From the IMG/VR virus record IMGVR_UViG_3300020044_002588, positions 1 to 29,904 of that record: DNA of 29,904 nt. The stretch is one strand, 5' to 3'. The translations under genes were made by a program, and so were the position numbers. Positions within the stretch are counted from its first letter, which is position 1. Every line of letters begins with the position of its first letter. The notes under the pieces are model-generated. The model worked only from the letters and a program-made list of their open reading frames with translations, was not told where the DNA came from and ran no database searches. This document shows, piece by piece, positions 26,446 through 29,904 of this stretch. This DNA is from a virus. Its lineage: Duplodnaviria; Caudoviricetes.

Positions 26446-26792
26446 TACTCGTATCCTGCTTCCTTGAGGAGTTGCACCAGCATCCCAAGTGGGAGTGTGG
26501 CGTATTGATCGGATGGCGTCGTCGTTCCAGTTCGCTTGTGTATGACAGCCCCAAGAACTCCTCCGTTGTTGGCAATTTCGGAATGTAGTTCGGCAATCCA
26601 TCCGGGTAGGTTGTCGCGTCGATGATTTTTGCATTCGAAGGTAAATGGGATTGATTGTCTGCTGATCCCGTGGATGTCCCCTCGGTCGTCTTCCCAACCT
26701 GCTCTGGTCCGGTCTGCATTGAATCCTCTTTCTCGAAGATATCCCACAATGCTTCGCTCATATGCGTCTCCTTTCTGCTTCTGTGGATTCAT
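26445..26792 (-). CDS. Holliday junction resolvase (Hjc-type PD-(D/E)XK)
   Basis: KQKGDAYER..YL...G, DRGDI, FECKN, VIHKR motifs; RBS AAGGAG. Confidence 0.82.
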   Translation of the reverse strand: MNPQKQKGDAYERSIVGYLRERGFNADRTRAGWEDDRGDIHGISRQSIPFTFECKNHRRDNLPGWIAELHSEIANNGGVLGAVIHKRTGTTTPSDQYATLPLGMLVQLLKEAGYE

Positions 26793-26796
26793 GTAC

Positions 26797-27051
26797 CTAT
26801 CTCCTTATCGGCTTGGAGTATTTCTTCTTCTGCCAATTTTTTCTGCTGGCTTCCTGCCTGCATAGGACACAGCGACGGCTAATGCCGTTTCCATCCTTGC
26901 GCCATTCAGTGTTCTCCTCATTCCAATCGTGACCGTTTACGCATTTAGTTTTCGGCGGTTCAGGCTTCGGCGGAAGTAAGGAAACGCAATCCTCGCACTC
27001 GTCGTCAAGATGCATGACGCCCTCGCATACTGGGCATCGACGCTCAGCCAT
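26797..27051 (-). CDS. Small double Zn-finger protein (paralogue A)
   Basis: MAERRCPVC..CEDC followed by KTKCVNGHDWNEENT..RRCVLC; likely start ATG 27051. Confidence 0.7.
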   Translation of the reverse strand: MAERRCPVCEGVMHLDDECEDCVSLLPPKPEPPKTKCVNGHDWNEENTEWRKDGNGISRRCVLCRQEASRKNWQKKKYSKPIRR

Positions 27052-27331
27052 TCGCCTTAGCCTTATCTTTGCGCCGCTTATTTCTTGCGTTATGACAGGC
27101 ACGGCAGGCTCGCGTCACTGACTGCCGATTGTTGCCGACATAGACGTCGATCCTCGTATTTGCTTCGGTCATCTCATGGCCTTTTGAGCAATGCGTCCTG
27201 ATAGGGCGTGGCTTTGCGAGGAGTTCGGCAGCACGCGCCTGAGCCACTAATAATTGCGCGTAGGCTAGGCATTCCTGACAGTCGAGTTCAAGGATGACAG
27301 CCTCGCACTCTTTGCATCTGCGCTCAGTCAT
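27044..27331 (-). CDS. Small double Zn-finger protein (paralogue B)
   Basis: MTERRCKEC..CQEC followed by RTHCSKGHEMTEANT..RACRAC; ATGA-coupled start at 27331, RBS GGAG. Confidence 0.72.
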   Translation of the reverse strand: MTERRCKECEAVILELDCQECLAYAQLLVAQARAAELLAKPRPIRTHCSKGHEMTEANTRIDVYVGNNRQSVTRACRACHNARNKRRKDKAKANG

Positions 27332-27357
27332 GGCTGATCTCCATTGATGGCTGCGAT
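27322..27357. repeat. 36-bp gene-junction direct repeat, copy 1
   Basis: GCTCAGTCATGGCTGATCTCCATTGATGGCTGCGAT; 34/36 identical to 27534-27569. Confidence 0.9.
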
Positions 27358-27543
27358 AGCGAGAAGTGCATCGTTCTTTACGACGCACCACGCCTCCCAG
27401 AACTCAAACGGGATAAGCGCCGCTATGGCATTCCGGGCAGCATCTAGCACCCGATGCTCGCAGGCACGCAACTCATCGCAGATGCACCACGCGGGAGGGT
27501 CGCTCTCATGCGTCGCCCAGCACTCTGGTAGATGCTCAGTCAT
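27328..27543 (-). CDS. Small hypothetical protein (HLPEC..CICDELRACE)
   Basis: ATGA-coupled start at 27543, RBS AAGGGAG; ends AINGDQP. Confidence 0.7.
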   Translation of the reverse strand: MTEHLPECWATHESDPPAWCICDELRACEHRVLDAARNAIAALIPFEFWEAWCVVKNDALLAIAAINGDQP

Positions 27544-27569
27544 GGCTGATCTCCCTTGATGGCTTCGAT
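27534..27569. repeat. 36-bp gene-junction direct repeat, copy 2
   Basis: GCTCAGTCATGGCTGATCTCCCTTGATGGCTTCGAT; a degenerate third copy lies at 28022-28045 (20/24). Confidence 0.9.
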
Positions 27570-28025
27570 GATCCTGACCAGCGCTGGCGCGTCGCTGCTG
27601 ATGCCCCACTCGCCGACCGCTGCCCCGACCCGCTGCACCGCAGCATCAAGGGCTGCCTTGATGTGGCCCGGTTCACCCCAACCATCATCCATAGCGGCAC
27701 CGTAGCCTTCGTGGTAGCCAACTTCCCGCTCCTTGATCAGTTCGGTTAGGCGCTTGCATGGGAGGCAACCGGGACTGCACATGCCTCCCTCTGCCCATTG
27801 TGGGTGCGGAGAGAAAACGTCCCGTTGGCCTCTGTCGTACGAAGTTTGCTCGATGCCGCCGATCATCTGGTCCATACCTGACTGGAAAGCCGCTGCGATA
27901 GCCGCTGCGGCATCAGCAGCGAGAACAACCTCCACGAACACATCATCTGGAACAACCCCGTGCGGCTGTTCGTCAGGGCACATCAGGTCGTCGTCAATTA
28001 CCTTGTACAGCGCCATGTTTATCAT
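27540..28025 (-). CDS. Hypothetical protein
   Basis: 161 aa, ATGA-coupled; C-terminus AAVQRV...AIKGDQP. Confidence 0.7.
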   Translation of the reverse strand: MINMALYKVIDDDLMCPDEQPHGVVPDDVFVEVVLAADAAAAIAAAFQSGMDQMIGGIEQTSYDRGQRDVFSPHPQWAEGGMCSPGCLPCKRLTELIKEREVGYHEGYGAAMDDGWGEPGHIKAALDAAVQRVGAAVGEWGISSDAPALVRIIEAIKGDQP

Positions 28026-28294
28026 GGCCGTTCTCCCTTAATCGCGGAAAGACACGTATCCCTGAGTGCATACCCCGGCAGCGACTCCACCCGCTGCACG
28101 GCAGCGGCGAGCGCGTCCCGATGCCCCTGCAAGTAACTAGGTGGTGTCCATCGCTCAGTCGACGCATGGACTTTTGCTTCTTGCGAACGCGCTTCGTCGA
28201 TAGCAGCCTCTGCGTCAACAAAGAGGACAAACGGGCCGTCCTCGTCAAGCATCGGGCCGAAACTCGTCCACCTGTAGCGGAGAATGTCAGTCAT
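28022..28294 (-). CDS. Hypothetical protein
   Basis: 90 aa; C-terminus AAVQRV...AIKGERP is shared with the neighbouring gene. Confidence 0.7.
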   Translation of the reverse strand: MTDILRYRWTSFGPMLDEDGPFVLFVDAEAAIDEARSQEAKVHASTERWTPPSYLQGHRDALAAAVQRVESLPGYALRDTCLSAIKGERP

Positions 28295-28475
28295 TGGGGA
28301 CTACCGTCAGCGGAGGCTTTGTAGCCCCGTAGAGAAGCACGCAATCCCATGAACAAAAATCGCGAGTGTCCTCGTAGTTTCCACCGACCATATGCACATT
28401 GATGAACCCACAGTCTTCTGGCTTAACTGACCAAGAGTCACAGCCACTACGGTCACAGTGCGTTGCGTAACTCAT
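28287..28475 (-). CDS. Small Zn-finger protein (CDRSGC...DFCSWDC)
   Basis: ATGA-coupled start at 28475, RBS GAGGAG. Confidence 0.68.
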   Translation of the reverse strand: MSYATHCDRSGCDSWSVKPEDCGFINVHMVGGNYEDTRDFCSWDCVLLYGATKPPLTVVPND

Positions 28476-28675
28476 TCTGCCCACTCCTCTTCATGATCTG
28501 AGTCGCATGCCGGACACGCCCAGTAGTAACGACGCGCATCAACCATTGCCGTGACTTTCCCCTCAAACGGACAGCACTGCCCATCATCATCCTTAATCTT
28601 GCATGTAACGTGCATGTCCTCCTCATCAGCCTCAGGAGGAGAAGCCAGTTTCCAAGAGTCGTAATCAACATGCAT
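28472..28675 (-). CDS. Small acidic Zn-ribbon protein (YDSWKLASPPE...WACPAC)
   Basis: ATG 28675 after GGAGAGG. Confidence 0.68.
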   Translation of the reverse strand: MHVDYDSWKLASPPEADEEDMHVTCKIKDDDGQCCPFEGKVTAMVDARRYYWACPACDSDHEEEWAE

Positions 28676-29123
28676 AACGTCCACCTCTCCAATGCTTGAG
28701 TCCAGTCCCATCACCATTCCAGTTGGCGACGGTGTAAAACATCATGTCCTGATAGAACCGATGCCATTTATGTGCCGGGGTAGCACGCAGAGCGCGAGCG
28801 ATCTCCGTACCCACAGTGAATCCCCACATGCTCCGCAGTTCTTCGCGCATCATCCAGCCTGCGCCTACAGCGAGCGCATCCAGTACCTGATACGTGCCTT
28901 CGTACATCCCGTTGTTGCCGGTTCCCCAGTATTGGAATCTCCCTTCCCTCTGGCCGATGCACTTGCGTACAGGCTCCTGTGATTCACGGAAGAACTTCCC
29001 GGTGTATGCGGAGTCCTGCACTCCGGTCTGAATGGGGTCGTTGCGTTGAGCGATGACATGTATCGGCTCTACAGGATGGCTAGAAAAGAGTAGTGCTGCT
29101 GTCAGAATCATCGTGCTGATCAT
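28665..29123 (-). CDS. Secreted lysozyme-fold transglycosylase (Rpf-like)
   Basis: N-terminal hydrophobic signal (MISTMILTAALLFSS); RKCIGQREG..Y..GTYQ, QD and terminal HW..C resemble the resuscitation-promoting-factor-type domain. Confidence 0.62.
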   Translation of the reverse strand: MISTMILTAALLFSSHPVEPIHVIAQRNDPIQTGVQDSAYTGKFFRESQEPVRKCIGQREGRFQYWGTGNNGMYEGTYQVLDALAVGAGWMMREELRSMWGFTVGTEIARALRATPAHKWHRFYQDMMFYTVANWNGDGTGLKHWRGGRYAC

Positions 29124-29460
29124 GTGTCTCCAATGGTCGGAACTTCGCCACTTTCAGTACTGCTTGTCTGCGGCCTGATCGTCCTGTCCTGCGCTCTCCA
29201 CTGTCGAAGATGAGTCCCTTCCTCTTGAGCGATGATGGTCGTGCGGTGATGCTGCTGTATGAGTATCCGGGGTGCATAGCGATGAGGTCGTCCTGTGTCA
29301 TTCCCCAGACGCCAGCGAGTTCGATATCTGCGAGGATCATTTCCTCAAGTTTAGATACGTCAATGGATTCTGCTGCCTCTATTGATGTATCTGATGCATC
29401 TGATGTATGCAAAACTCGGGCGGTGTCAAAATGTGCTGCGTCATTCATATTGAACTCCAT
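29080..29460 (-). CDS. Winged-helix DNA-binding protein
   Basis: TSIEAA..GMTQDDL..YSSITARPSSLKRKGLIFDSGERRTGRSGRRQAV pattern of phage wHTH proteins. Confidence 0.7.
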   Translation of the reverse strand: MEFNMNDAAHFDTARVLHTSDASDTSIEAAESIDVSKLEEMILADIELAGVWGMTQDDLIAMHPGYSYSSITARPSSLKRKGLIFDSGERRTGRSGRRQAVLKVAKFRPLETHDQHDDSDSSTTLF

Positions 29461-29469
29461 ATCGTGTGA

Positions 29470-29904
29470 TTACTGTATGTGTGAGTAGACCGCATCCCAT
29501 TCGTCCTGATAAATCGGAACCCACGGGAACACGTCGCCTTGCTTCACTGCCACGGGAAACCGCCGATCAGTAGCACGATCACCACGCCACGCGCCAAGGC
29601 GCATCAAGCGCCTTCCATCCTTCGTTGACATTGGTTGCATCCCGTAACCAAAGTCAGGCCATCGCAGCCAGTAGGAAGAACCTTCAGGACGCATGTTGTT
29701 TCGGTCGTTCATCGTCCCATGACCAGCGTGATGCTCCACGATGACCGTGCAGTCGACTTCCTGCCTGATGCGGTCAACAACTGACTGAATCGCACGCACT
29801 GACCTGTGAGCATCATCGGATACGTCAGTCAACTTGTACGCCGTACCCATGTACAGGATGTCTGGCGAGTAATGCACTACCCGTCGTATGACATCAGCGC
29901 GATC
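29470..29904 (-). CDS. AAA/RecA-fold helicase (RepA/AAA_25-like), C-terminal part, truncated at window edge
   Basis: The frame is open to position 29904 (DRADVIRRVVHY..); contains CTVIVEHHAGH and MRPEGSSYWLRWPDFG motifs. Confidence 0.7.
   Translation of the reverse strand, partial: DRADVIRRVVHYSPDILYMGTAYKLTDVSDDAHRSVRAIQSVVDRIRQEVDCTVIVEHHAGHGTMNDRNNMRPEGSSYWLRWPDFGYGMQPMSTKDGRRLMRLGAWRGDRATDRRFPVAVKQGDVFPWVPIYQDEWDAVYSHIQ

Noticed and set aside
26438-26761. 107-aa alternative-frame ORF overlapping the resolvase
   Set aside because: Same-strand overlap with a motif-supported gene; no RBS or motif of its own was noted.
27322-28045. 36-bp repeats plus a Cas4-like nuclease as a possible CRISPR mini-array
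   Set aside because: The intervals are whole genes (212 bp and about 480 bp periods), the repeats are coding, and the nuclease is paired with an annealase as in ordinary phage recombination modules.

Overview
About 30 kb of a tailed dsDNA phage genome. It is most likely a short-tailed (podovirus-like) phage of an actinobacterial host. That host assignment is inferred from the gene families (M15-type endolysin, Rpf-like lysozyme, Hjc-type resolvase, Rad52-family annealase) and not from any database search. The + strand (about 79-21831) is a tightly coupled morphogenesis and lysis arm: portal C-terminus, four probable internal/ejection proteins including a 1903-aa giant, scaffold, major capsid, a cluster of very basic small proteins, a collagen-like protein, a GT4 glycosyltransferase, tail adaptor/nozzle, fibre-related genes, holin(s) and endolysin. 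The - strand (21815-29904) is a replication/recombination/accessory arm: second GT4, Maf/MptE-like transferase, PD-(D/E)XK exonuclease, Rad52-like annealase, HNH, resolvase, an array of small Cys-rich genes, Rpf-like protein, wHTH protein and an AAA helicase fragment. One + strand HTH gene interrupts this arm. Most notable: (1) a structured leader upstream of scaffold/capsid with a duplicated TCC-hairpin-GCGT module; (2) a hairpin cluster at 23801-23892 whose loop matches the annealase RBS; (3) a small-gene array with near-identical 36-bp junction repeats; (4) three glycosyltransferase-like genes plus Ser/Thr-rich virion proteins; (5) the first 78 nt look like an inverted portal fragment, probably a chimera. 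No tRNA, rRNA, CRISPR array, integrase or tape-measure gene was recognised. All product calls come from motif recognition and gene order only.
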